Assembly: GCA_044229845.1 (NCBI GenBank)
Contig: JBGASG010000014.1
Span: forward strand, 1 to 64,000
Source of the DNA: Candidatus Obscuribacteraceae bacterium
Lineage (GTDB): Bacteria; Cyanobacteriota; Vampirovibrionia; Obscuribacterales; Obscuribacteraceae
Reading direction: 5' to 3'
DNA: 64,000 bases
The notes beneath the pieces were generated by a model, which did not search any database, had not been told where the DNA came from, and worked only from the letters and a program-made list of their open reading frames with translations. This document shows, piece after piece, positions 18,820 through 28,000 of the stretch. Position numbers and translations under genes: made by a program. The first letter of the stretch is position 1, and each line of letters starts with the position of its first letter.

Positions 18820-20532
18820 ATGAATCAGGTTAGCGTTCTGACCGCTCAGAAGAGCCAAACACCCGACTCAGCTCGCGAGCGAGCGAGCCAGTCCAAGCAG
18901 GCGCCAAAATCGTCTAGGTGGGTTAAAGCCGAGCATTTTCTCTGCGTCTTGTTCGCCACCTCGATGACCGCTTGGTTGACCTACGCGTCGGTGCACATAG
19001 AGTCATTACATCTTGCCAACCATGGGTTCTTCTACGACCCGGCGACTTATCATTTTCAACATATCGACCTGTACCGTGCGTGCATTCGCGACGGAGCTTG
19101 GCCGACTCTTCTACATGAACTATCTACTAACTCGCGCTGCTTGCTGCGCACAGTACCCTACCTGTTGTTAGCGCCCTCTGCATTGAAGTCAGTTTTTGCC
19201 CATTTGTACACGGAGGTGCCTTTCCTCTGGTCGTTTCTCCTTTTGCTCACGTTCACCTCCTATTGGCGAACGAAATCTGCTCTGTTGGGCATTTTGCCGG
19301 CTACATGTTTTTCGTGCTTGCCCTGTCTCTACAATCCACAGTCCGGGCTGGGGGCTTTCTGGCTGGATTTGACGGCGTCACTGTCCATGGGTAGCGCAGT
19401 CTTGTGCTTGATTCGGTTTGCTGAAACCAAACACGCACGTTGGATGCTGCTCTTTGGAATATTCGCCTCAGCCACAGCGCTTAGCAGGTGGTCGGCCGCC
19501 TCATACTTGCTGCTATACGCACTCGCCGCCGTACCGATAGCCCTAATTCAACCGCAATTCCGCATTGGTAGTGTGATTAAGCCGCTCGCGCTGGCACTGC
19601 TGACTGCTCTACCTGGACTAGTTTTTACGTTCTACTGGTTCAAGGAGTGCACGAGTTACTATGCCCATTCCGGATATGCACTAAATTCACCAATCAGCGA
19701 CTCGTTTGCTTGGGCGTTCCGGACTCTCCAGCTGCAATTGAGCCCAATCGCCTCTCTTATCCTGGTTGTCCTAACGATGCTCCATTTAGGGCTGGCGTTC
19801 AGAAACCGCACAAATCGCCGAGTTACGCTCATTTCTGTCTGGTTTCCAGCCGCTGTACTACTCTTTGTTTGTGTCGTTTGCAGAGCGGTCGATGCTTTTC
19901 ATGCCCTGTTCTACATGGCACCAGCTTTAGTCGTTTCAGCATTTGCACCCATATCAAAGGAGCTGGCTGAACGCCATACCAAAGCACTGAAAATCTTTGC
20001 AGTCGCATTGATCGTCGGCTCAGTCGTCCTTATTAGTAATGCCTATGATGAACAGCGGCGTTTCGCATCTTCGGTAGACCCAGCCAGAACGATCCGCAAG
20101 AAGGCCGATGTCGCAATGGCAAAGTTCATTGCCCAAACCCAGGCTCCCACTTTCATTGAGTTCGACACACAAACGATAATGCCGCATCTAGAGGCGTTTT
20201 ATGCGCACGGCGTTTACTGTCTGCATCCGCACTGGTTTAGTGTTCACCCATTCCACTTTACCGGTCTATATCCGAACAAGACGATCGACCAGATGGCGGC
20301 TCGCAACTACTCAGATGTGGACAGAGACGTGGCTCTGGTGGCAGTGTTTCATAACCCGAACGATGCCTTAGCTCCGGGCTTGTTCAACAATCCGTATAGC
20401 TCGCAGGTATCAGCGTATATTTCGGCTCGTGTGCCCAAAGAACACCAATGGCAGTTTTTAGGTTCGGTTGCTACACCCAATGGGTTGCTCGATGTTTACC
20501 ACAATAGAGACTTTCGTGGGATAGGATTATGA
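18820..20532 (+). CDS. Multipass membrane protein, putative GT-C-fold glycosyltransferase (paralogue B)
   Basis: HGFFYDPATY, RTVPYLLLAP, LYNPQSGLGAFWLD, FIEFDTQT and GLLDVYHN. Confidence 0.7.
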   Translation: MNQVSVLTAQKSQTPDSARERASQSKQAPKSSRWVKAEHFLCVLFATSMTAWLTYASVHIESLHLANHGFFYDPATYHFQHIDLYRACIRDGAWPTLLHELSTNSRCLLRTVPYLLLAPSALKSVFAHLYTEVPFLWSFLLLLTFTSYWRTKSALLGILPATCFSCLPCLYNPQSGLGAFWLDLTASLSMGSAVLCLIRFAETKHARWMLLFGIFASATALSRWSAASYLLLYALAAVPIALIQPQFRIGSVIKPLALALLTALPGLVFTFYWFKECTSYYAHSGYALNSPISDSFAWAFRTLQLQLSPIASLILVVLTMLHLGLAFRNRTNRRVTLISVWFPAAVLLFVCVVCRAVDAFHALFYMAPALVVSAFAPISKELAERHTKALKIFAVALIVGSVVLISNAYDEQRRFASSVDPARTIRKKADVAMAKFIAQTQAPTFIEFDTQTIMPHLEAFYAHGVYCLHPHWFSVHPFHFTGLYPNKTIDQMAARNYSDVDRDVALVAVFHNPNDALAPGLFNNPYSSQVSAYISARVPKEHQWQFLGSVATPNGLLDVYHNRDFRGIGL

Positions 20533-22217
20533 CCAGCACCACGATCTCACCGCAATCATCTCTGTCAGCGGAAAGCGAGCCCCGAGCAGCCGATCTTGTG
20601 ACAAAGTCGCCTCTTGCCGGAACGGTTATGCTGGTGACTCTATCTGCAATGGCAACTATTTGGCTAACGTTCGCGGGAATCAAAATCGAAGGCGCATATC
20701 TGCACAACTATGGATTCTTTTTCGATCCGGCGGCATACTACCTGCACAACATCGAAGTGTATCGGCATTATGAGTCCCAGGGGATTCTGTCCACCCTAGC
20801 CCATCAGATCGCGCACAACCCTCGAGACCCAGCGCGAATCGTCCCTCATTTGTTATTTGCACCGCAGTCGTTGATTAGCCTGTGGGGGCACATGTGGACA
20901 CAGATGCCACTGGTCTTCGCCTTTCTCAGTTTGCTTTCAACAACAACTTGGGCCCGTACGCGATCGCTACTTCTGAGTTGTGCGGCGATCGCAAGCTTTG
21001 CGTCTATGCCATTTTTGTACGATCCGATGCATGGAGTAGCGGCCTACTGGCTGGACTTTACGCCAGCGTGCGCACTGGGTTGCCTTGCCCTTTGTCTTGT
21101 CAGATTCTTGATGCGGCCTCATCTCGGGTGGATGTTCTTCTTCGGGATTTTTGCATCGCTAGCCGCGTTGAACAGATGGTCATCATCCTTCTACGTCATA
21201 GCCTTCGCCGCGTTGGCATTTCCACTTGCCTTAACCGCACAGAACCGCTCGCAATCAATCGTCAAATGCGTCCTCGTAGCATTCTTAGGAGCAGCACCAG
21301 GATTGCTGTTTCTGTTCGGCTTTTGGCAGGAAAACAGCTGGTACTACAAAACGTTCGGTTTCGCGTTCGGGGCTCCAATTTCCCAATCGGTGTTATGGAC
21401 AAGCAAAGCGATCGTCAAAATGATTGGAGCGCCTTTGTTATGCACAATTCTAGCGATGTCACTTCTACATCTTAAGCGGCTTAAACAAGAGGCACGCGTA
21501 ATCGCATTATGCTGGTGGCTTCCTATCTCGATACTGCTGTTTGTTTGCTGTGTTGTAAAAGCCGTAGACGGATATCATCCGCTCGTTTATTTTGGCCCAG
21601 CCCTTGCCGTTTCAGCATTCGGTGCACTTAGAACCCCATCAGAACTTACTGGGAAATGGCTAGGAGCAACCGTCGCCATCCTGGTGTTGTGCCTTGCTGT
21701 CGGAGTGCATTCGTATGAGGTTGCGCGAAAAATAGCCCATAACCCCTCGCCAGAAGAAACCTTGAAAAAGAAAGCTGACGCGGCTCTGGCCGGGCTCATT
21801 ATCGAAACAAACTCTCGTTGCTTTACGGAGTTTGATACAGAATCAGTACGCCCGCAGATGGAAGTGTTCTTCTTTCATAAGCGTTTTTGCAACTGGGTCT
21901 CTTATTTCAGCATTCATGAGTCCTATCTAAAATTCATCTATGACAATGCGACGCCGCCACAAATGGCAGACCGCGCCTTCAAGCAACTTAAGAACAAAGT
22001 GGAACTGGTGGCAGTCTTTGCCAATGCGAGCGATGCTCTCAAGCCGGGCGTTTTCAATAACCAGTATAGTGCGGCTGTATCAAAAGGAGTGGCGGAACAA
22101 GTGGCAACAGACCCGGATTTCCACCTCACGGGGCACGTGCAGGCTCCCGCCGGATTGCTGGCAGTTTACAAAAACAACGCCTACAAGACTCTAGGCACCA
22201 CATTGAACCCTAAATAG
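20529..22217 (+). CDS. Multipass membrane protein, putative GT-C-fold glycosyltransferase (paralogue C)
   Basis: YGFFFDPAAY, LYDPMHGVAAYWLD, FTEFDTES and GLLAVYKN; ATGA overlap with paralogue B. Confidence 0.7.
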   Translation: MTSTTISPQSSLSAESEPRAADLVTKSPLAGTVMLVTLSAMATIWLTFAGIKIEGAYLHNYGFFFDPAAYYLHNIEVYRHYESQGILSTLAHQIAHNPRDPARIVPHLLFAPQSLISLWGHMWTQMPLVFAFLSLLSTTTWARTRSLLLSCAAIASFASMPFLYDPMHGVAAYWLDFTPACALGCLALCLVRFLMRPHLGWMFFFGIFASLAALNRWSSSFYVIAFAALAFPLALTAQNRSQSIVKCVLVAFLGAAPGLLFLFGFWQENSWYYKTFGFAFGAPISQSVLWTSKAIVKMIGAPLLCTILAMSLLHLKRLKQEARVIALCWWLPISILLFVCCVVKAVDGYHPLVYFGPALAVSAFGALRTPSELTGKWLGATVAILVLCLAVGVHSYEVARKIAHNPSPEETLKKKADAALAGLIIETNSRCFTEFDTESVRPQMEVFFFHKRFCNWVSYFSIHESYLKFIYDNATPPQMADRAFKQLKNKVELVAVFANASDALKPGVFNNQYSAAVSKGVAEQVATDPDFHLTGHVQAPAGLLAVYKNNAYKTLGTTLNPK

Positions 22218-22280
22218 CTAGTGCGGACGCGGCATAGCCGGAGTTGTGGTCTACAAATTCGTCCCAGCAGCACGCAACTA

Positions 22281-22324
22281 CATTACAACCGGTTAAATAA
22301 CTCTCCGTCGCAACTCGCTATGCT
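22281..22324 (+). promoter_or_regulatory. Third copy of the CATTACAAC...TAAA...GCTATGCT promoter-like motif
   Basis: CATTACAAC CGGT TAAA N19 GCTATGCT, upstream of the acyltransferase gene. Confidence 0.5.
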
Positions 22325-22354
22325 TTGGTTGGGAAATCAGTATGTGAGGTACGT

Positions 22355-23638
22355 GTGCAGCGCCCCGGCATCACTTATTGGCCGCAGCTGGATGGACTCA
22401 GAGCGTTGGCATTTCTGCTGGTCATGTTTCATCATCACTGGGCTCCTGCAAAGCTTTTTCCCTGGGACTTCATGCAAAAGTCGCTGGTTAAACTGGCTGA
22501 GTGGGGATGGCTGGGCGTTGATTTGTTCTTCGTGCTCAGTGCCTTCCTAGTCACACACTTACTGTGCGCGGAACTATCCCATAAGAGAGATATCTCGCTA
22601 TCAAAGTTTTACTTACGCCGAGCTCTGCGTATCTGGCCGCTGCTTTTCCTTGTCTTGACGATCGTTTGTTTTGTCTGCCCACTGTTCGCGCCGCACAAAG
22701 CATCACATTTGTACGGCCTATTTCTCACCAACATCGCACTGCCTTTGTACACTTTCTCCGGTAACTTTGCCCTGTCGGTGCACTTTGGAGACATGCAGAA
22801 CTATGCCACGGCGTCCGGATTGGATTTCATGTTGTTCGTTACGCTGTTGTGTCCCTTTTGGTCGCTTTGTATAGAGGAACAGTTCTATCTTTTTTGGGGA
22901 CTGGTGGTGAAAGCAGTAGGCAACATCCGAACACTTGCTTTTGTGACCGCGGCACTCATTGTAGTTGGTTTTTTTGGTCGCCTTTACTTGCTTATCAACC
23001 GCGGGGAAGCAGCCTTTACCTGGTACTACATGCATTCTCTTTGGCACCTGGATACCATCATGTTTGGTGCCATGCTGGCAGTAGTTTTAAATCGGCGTCC
23101 ACAGATTTTCAACTGTCTGCGCGCTGGTTGGCTGCCAGCGTTCTTGACGGTCTTCGCTATTTCGACTTTTCTAGGTATCGTAAATTTCGCACCGGGCATT
23201 GACACTGGCAGTTACTGGTTGGCACCGGTGATGACGACCGTTTCTCTGACCGGGGCGCTAATGGTGGCATTGGTATTGCACTGGTCACCCCTCTCAAAGC
23301 TCATGTCTTCGAAATGGCTCACCGAAATAGGAAAGTTGACCTTCGGTATGTACGTCTTCCACTATGCGATTATTTGGTACGCGCGTACCTATTTGAACCT
23401 GACAGTGACTGGTCTTAACGGAATTTGGAGCCTGATCGTATCGTTTGCACTCATCTACGGCGCAGCACGTCTTTCTTGGGAAGTTGTTGAAAAGCCCATG
23501 CAAAACCTACGCCGCCGATTCGCTTCTGTAGAATACTCAGCGGAACAAGCTCAGAACGACCCAAGCGCATCAATTGTGCCAGCCGCACCAAGCAACCAGC
23601 TCGAACAATTGGCTCTGAGTACTGGAACAACAAAGTGA
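22355..23638 (+). CDS. Acyltransferase family 3 (OafA-like O-acyltransferase)
   Basis: LDGLRALA, GVDLFFVLSAFL, FYLRRALRIWP and WSLCIEEQFY. Start placed at GTG 22355 behind GAGGT; the track uses TTG 22325. Confidence 0.9.
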   Translation: MQRPGITYWPQLDGLRALAFLLVMFHHHWAPAKLFPWDFMQKSLVKLAEWGWLGVDLFFVLSAFLVTHLLCAELSHKRDISLSKFYLRRALRIWPLLFLVLTIVCFVCPLFAPHKASHLYGLFLTNIALPLYTFSGNFALSVHFGDMQNYATASGLDFMLFVTLLCPFWSLCIEEQFYLFWGLVVKAVGNIRTLAFVTAALIVVGFFGRLYLLINRGEAAFTWYYMHSLWHLDTIMFGAMLAVVLNRRPQIFNCLRAGWLPAFLTVFAISTFLGIVNFAPGIDTGSYWLAPVMTTVSLTGALMVALVLHWSPLSKLMSSKWLTEIGKLTFGMYVFHYAIIWYARTYLNLTVTGLNGIWSLIVSFALIYGAARLSWEVVEKPMQNLRRRFASVEYSAEQAQNDPSASIVPAAPSNQLEQLALSTGTTK

Positions 23639-23644
23639 CACCGC

Positions 23645-24364
23645 ATGAGTACGGGTATCATAACGGCATTCCGAACTCGGCTATGGAATTGGCTAAAGGG
23701 TGCCGAATCTGCGGTGCCACCTGCTAGCGCAGACATTGCTATCAAAATTCGCGAGTTGGAAGCACGCTTGGATCAGGTTTCAGGCATTTCCTCTTGTAGG
23801 TGCGCAGCGACCAGGGACGTTGCGAATGACTGTGTCTTGGGCTCGGGCTCGGCGATCGCGCCCGAAGCAGCTATAGAAAATATTCGCAACGACAAAAAAT
23901 ATATCCGCATTGGCGAACACTCTTACATACGAGGTCGCCTTCTCACATACGGTCACGCTGGGGAAATTGACATCGGCGACTGGTGTTACATCGGAGCCCG
24001 CACCGAAATCTGGTCTATGTGCAAGGTGACAATCGGGAACCGAGTGTTAGTCTCACACGACGTCAATATCATAGATGGTTCGTCGCACTCTATGGATCCT
24101 CAAGAGCGTCACCAACATTTCAAAGCCATCTTGTTAAAGGGACATCCGTCGAATCCCTCGGAAGTCCCCGGGATTCAAGCAGCACCAATTGTTATCGAGG
24201 ACGACGCTTGGATCAGCTTCGGGGTAACCATTCTAAAGGGTGTGACTATCGGAGCGCGTAGCATCATCGCTGCTGGCTCAATAGTAACAAAGGACGTACC
24301 ATCGGACTGCTTATACAGATCCCGGGTGGAACCGGTAATCACGCCACTCAGCCAGAACAGATAG
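23645..24364 (+). CDS. Hexapeptide-repeat (left-handed beta-helix) sugar O-acetyltransferase
   Basis: IGEHSYI/IGDWCYI/IGNRVLV repeats; PIVIEDDAWISFGVTILKGVTIGARSIIAAGSIVTKDVP. Confidence 0.88.
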   Translation: MSTGIITAFRTRLWNWLKGAESAVPPASADIAIKIRELEARLDQVSGISSCRCAATRDVANDCVLGSGSAIAPEAAIENIRNDKKYIRIGEHSYIRGRLLTYGHAGEIDIGDWCYIGARTEIWSMCKVTIGNRVLVSHDVNIIDGSSHSMDPQERHQHFKAILLKGHPSNPSEVPGIQAAPIVIEDDAWISFGVTILKGVTIGARSIIAAGSIVTKDVPSDCLYRSRVEPVITPLSQNR

Positions 24365-24365
24365 A

Positions 24366-26078
24366 TCAGATCTGCGCCTTGGTTTTAGGGTGCTGAAGTT
24401 CTGTGTTTTGGTAAACAGACAAAAGACCGGTAGGACTCGTTACGCAACCGACAAATTTAAAACTCGGATCGGCAGCAACCTTCGCGGATACAGCCTGGGC
24501 AATGGCTGCACTCAAACGGCTGGGGAATGCACCGGGTTTAGTGGCATCCTCTGGCTTAGCGAAAACAGCGACCAACTGAACATGCTTTTTGGTTTTCTTG
24601 TAAATGCTCTCGATCATGGCTGCGCGGTCCTGTCCCGGATACATTCCCTCGAGGTAAGCATCGTATCGGCTAAAGATAGGGAACGCAGAACAGGACCGCC
24701 CGGTCTTAAAAAATGACTCCAGGTGCGGGTTGACAGTTTCGTCATTGAACTGCAAAAACGACTTGGCGCCAGAGCTTACGATCAGGTTTGCCAGACTTTC
24801 GTCGCACCGCTTGGCAAGGCGCGCTGCAGGTGGAGCCGCATTTGCAAATTTGCGGCTGACATCATATGCAGCGGCAATCAAGAATGTTGAGCAGATAAGC
24901 AAGAGTGCACTCAGAGCATTAACCACTTTCTGATTCCAATGCCGAAAATCAATTGGAATCATCGCAGCTACAATTAGTGCCGGACCAAAGTAGACCAGCG
25001 GGTGCGTTCCGCTTACCGCTCTTACCACGAGGCAAACAAACAATGCCAAAGACATCGGTAGCCACAAAGCTATGGACTGCAACTTCAGCTGTTCTTTGTT
25101 TTTTGTTTGAACAACATTGACCACCATCAGTGTCAGTAGCAGCGTCAAAACAGGAACTCCCATAATCCGGACAATCGCTTGCATGGTCCACTCGATAGAC
25201 TGGCTAAGGGGTGCGCCAAAAGCAAAGCCGTAGGTTTGGTAGTACGTTCGGTTCAATTCATAGAAAGCGAGAACAAAGACAAGCCCCGGCAATGCCCCGG
25301 CAAACATGACAAAGAGCGCTTTCAGCAGTTTCTTACCATCCAGCCCAAATACGCTCAACAGCGTTAACGGCAAAGCAGCGGCGAGAAAAGAGAGTAGATA
25401 GAACGCCGATGAAAATCTCGCGAGAGCAGTTGCCGAGAAAAAAGCCCCGGTTCCTAGCAGCCAAATCCAATGTCGTTGCTGGCTGTAAGTTATTAAACAG
25501 AGTGCAGCGGAACCTAAGCAACATGCAGCAGTGAAGTCCAGCCAGTATGCCCCTAACCCCACTCCCGGATCGTATAGAAACGGTAATGCCGCAAACACTG
25601 TCATTGTGGAGAGCGAGAACAGCAAATTGCGCGTGCGCAAATAGGCGACTGAGGACAACAGCGCTAAGAACGCCCATAAGAATGGCGTCTGCGTCCACAG
25701 GTGTCCGTCCATACGGACCAGCAGGTCTGGTGCTACTAGCAAATAGGGCACTGTACGCAGTGGATGCCTGGCATTAAATTGCACTTCCTGCTGGATGGCA
25801 GCCCATGCACCGTTCGCTTTCGCATAATCGTGCAGATGGATGTTGTGGACATAGTATGCGGATGGATCGCAGAAAAATCCGTAGTTGCGCAGATACGTTG
25901 ACTCAATACGCCACGGCGCGACTGTCAACCAAGTACTGATGATGGTGGCAACCACCAGAAGCAGGCTAATCACCAGCTTAGACACTGGCGCCGCTGATTC
26001 CGCATTTGTACACGATATTTGAGCCTGAGCTTTTGGCATGGCAGGCGCGAACAAGTGACTCATAGAACCTGTATCCAC
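24366..26078 (-). CDS. Multipass membrane protein, putative GT-C-fold glycosyltransferase (paralogue D)
   Basis: YGFFCDPSAY, LRTVPYLLVAP, LYDPGVGLGAYWLD and GLLSVYQN. Confidence 0.7.
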   Translation of the reverse strand: MDTGSMSHLFAPAMPKAQAQISCTNAESAAPVSKLVISLLLVVATIISTWLTVAPWRIESTYLRNYGFFCDPSAYYVHNIHLHDYAKANGAWAAIQQEVQFNARHPLRTVPYLLVAPDLLVRMDGHLWTQTPFLWAFLALLSSVAYLRTRNLLFSLSTMTVFAALPFLYDPGVGLGAYWLDFTAACCLGSAALCLITYSQQRHWIWLLGTGAFFSATALARFSSAFYLLSFLAAALPLTLLSVFGLDGKKLLKALFVMFAGALPGLVFVLAFYELNRTYYQTYGFAFGAPLSQSIEWTMQAIVRIMGVPVLTLLLTLMVVNVVQTKNKEQLKLQSIALWLPMSLALFVCLVVRAVSGTHPLVYFGPALIVAAMIPIDFRHWNQKVVNALSALLLICSTFLIAAAYDVSRKFANAAPPAARLAKRCDESLANLIVSSGAKSFLQFNDETVNPHLESFFKTGRSCSAFPIFSRYDAYLEGMYPGQDRAAMIESIYKKTKKHVQLVAVFAKPEDATKPGAFPSRLSAAIAQAVSAKVAADPSFKFVGCVTSPTGLLSVYQNTELQHPKTKAQI

Positions 26079-26344
26079 TCATTGCGGCTCGCGCAACGAA
26101 GTTTTCAAGGACTACAAAGGTAAGCTAGCGGGCTGCCCATGTCAAATTTTATTGATCTAAGTGAAATTGAATTTCTGCATGGCTTAGTTAGAGATCAACC
26201 ACCAGCCCAATGAAAATGTCTTTACTCGGAACTGCCGTACCACCTCCGAACTCGGTGATATCATCATGCTTGTAAAGTGACGCGAATGCTGTTCGCCTCG
26301 TCCTGAACGCCCCCGCATTCGCGCGATTGGCGCCCTGAGTGATA

Positions 26345-27652
26345 ATGACCACAACGACGAAAACTAAGCCGCCGCTGAGAGCTGACACTGCAATTGGTGC
26401 GAGCCCAGAAGCACTCAGAAACACAACTCTAGTACAAGAGCCCGTGTTGGGTTTCGCTTGGCTTGGACGATTGTTTGCACCCAAGGCTTTTCTAGTTAGT
26501 GCAGTACTCGGGTTTGTGATTTGTTGCGGACTCGGCTACTTAACTACTTTGAAAAATCAATATGGCGACATCCCTAGATTCGGCGTCTACGTCGGTCCAC
26601 AGGCATCGCTTTTCCCAACCGCCAGCCAGCTTCTCGCGTACACCAAGGCGCATGCACGAGATGACCAAATTCTCGTCGTGGTGGGCGGTAGCTCTGTTAT
26701 GAATGGCGTTGGACAGTCGAACGAGCAACTTTGGACGAAGAAACTTCAGCAACGCCTCGGCGACAAGTTTGCGGTTGTGAACTTAGCCATGAGGTCCTGC
26801 AGCACGTACGAAGTTGCTTGTTTTATCGCAGAAGCCATGCTCAAAGAGCACCGGAAAGTCATCTTTGTGACCGGTACTCAGGCAGCCTATGGCTGGAACG
26901 TCATTGGACGCCCGCCTTACGCGCACTATTATTGGGACGCCAAATTTCATGACTTATTGCTCGACTTTCCTGAACGCGACCAAGCGCTGAGAGATTCTGA
27001 GAAGGACCTGTCCAGCTTCGGCTGGACACCGGAAAGCCTCACCGAACTCAAATTAGGCGAATGGCTAAATTCCAAGCTATATCAGTACGAACTCTGGAAC
27101 ACAGTAGGCTACAGATATTTCTTCACCAGCTACTCGGCAGTGGCAGCGGGTGCGACAGAACTCAAAGGCGTTTATTGGCCGCGAAAAAAGCTGCCCAAAA
27201 ACATGGAAGCAGAGGAGACGTTCCCACTTCCGAGCGAAGAATTTGCAAAAAATTTCTTCCCAACTGTACTCTCGAAGTTTGTTGTCTGGAATGAAAAATC
27301 CAAGCAGTGGGAGAAGAAGGTCGACACTTGGAACGCAGCTGAAGAAACGCTCCGCACCAATCTGGTGCGGCGGCTGCGCCCACACACGCTTTTGGTATTG
27401 AGCTATTACAGCCCATATTTCCGTCACAAGTACCTCACCAGACCACAACAACTCAGTGAACAAAAGGCCTACAGTTTGACCCAAGATCTTTTCAAAAAAG
27501 AAGGTGTTCGCTCTATTCGTTCTGGAGACGCCTACGATGCAGCAGATTTCCGAGATCCAATTCACCTGAGCCCAAGTGGCGGTCAGAAACTCGCGATTGA
27601 TGTATCAAAAGAGGTCACGGAAATGGCAAAAGAGTTGGGGTATCTTAAATGA
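26345..27652 (+). CDS. Membrane-anchored SGNH-like protein (DltD/AlgJ-like acyl transferase)
   Basis: One N-terminal TM (AFLVSAVLGFVICCGLGYL); nucleophile block VVGGSSV; VVNLAMRS; C-terminal DxxH motif FRDPIHLSPSG. Confidence 0.65.
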   Translation: MTTTTKTKPPLRADTAIGASPEALRNTTLVQEPVLGFAWLGRLFAPKAFLVSAVLGFVICCGLGYLTTLKNQYGDIPRFGVYVGPQASLFPTASQLLAYTKAHARDDQILVVVGGSSVMNGVGQSNEQLWTKKLQQRLGDKFAVVNLAMRSCSTYEVACFIAEAMLKEHRKVIFVTGTQAAYGWNVIGRPPYAHYYWDAKFHDLLLDFPERDQALRDSEKDLSSFGWTPESLTELKLGEWLNSKLYQYELWNTVGYRYFFTSYSAVAAGATELKGVYWPRKKLPKNMEAEETFPLPSEEFAKNFFPTVLSKFVVWNEKSKQWEKKVDTWNAAEETLRTNLVRRLRPHTLLVLSYYSPYFRHKYLTRPQQLSEQKAYSLTQDLFKKEGVRSIRSGDAYDAADFRDPIHLSPSGGQKLAIDVSKEVTEMAKELGYLK

Positions 27653-27852
27653 GCCAAATTCAGGCAGCCGATACGAATTCAACCAGTCGGATGAACCGCG
27701 TAAGACCTGTTTTCTTCGCCCTCCCATCCAGCCATCGTTTTACCGGAATCGCCCTGTCCATAGCCTTAGGACTGGCGGTAGGAATACTCTCGCATTACAT
27801 TTTATACAGACTCTCCCTACCAGCAAAGCCTTTCATATACGCCGCTTTCTAA
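27649..27852 (+). CDS. DltX-like single-TM microprotein with C-terminal FIYxxF motif
   Basis: ATGA overlap with the SGNH gene; TM GIALSIALGLAVGILSHYIL; ends PFIYAAF-stop. Confidence 0.7.
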   Translation: MSQIQAADTNSTSRMNRVRPVFFALPSSHRFTGIALSIALGLAVGILSHYILYRLSLPAKPFIYAAF

Positions 27853-28000
27853 AAGAAGCCGCAAAACTGCACCATCCCACTTATGAATCATTTCTGAACT
27901 CATCTGCATCCGCATAAGAGCAGTAAGACGTAGCTCATGAAAACCCCGAGATTTGCGATTACTCTCAGGTCAGTGCGCACACTAGTCCTCCGAGGTAGCT

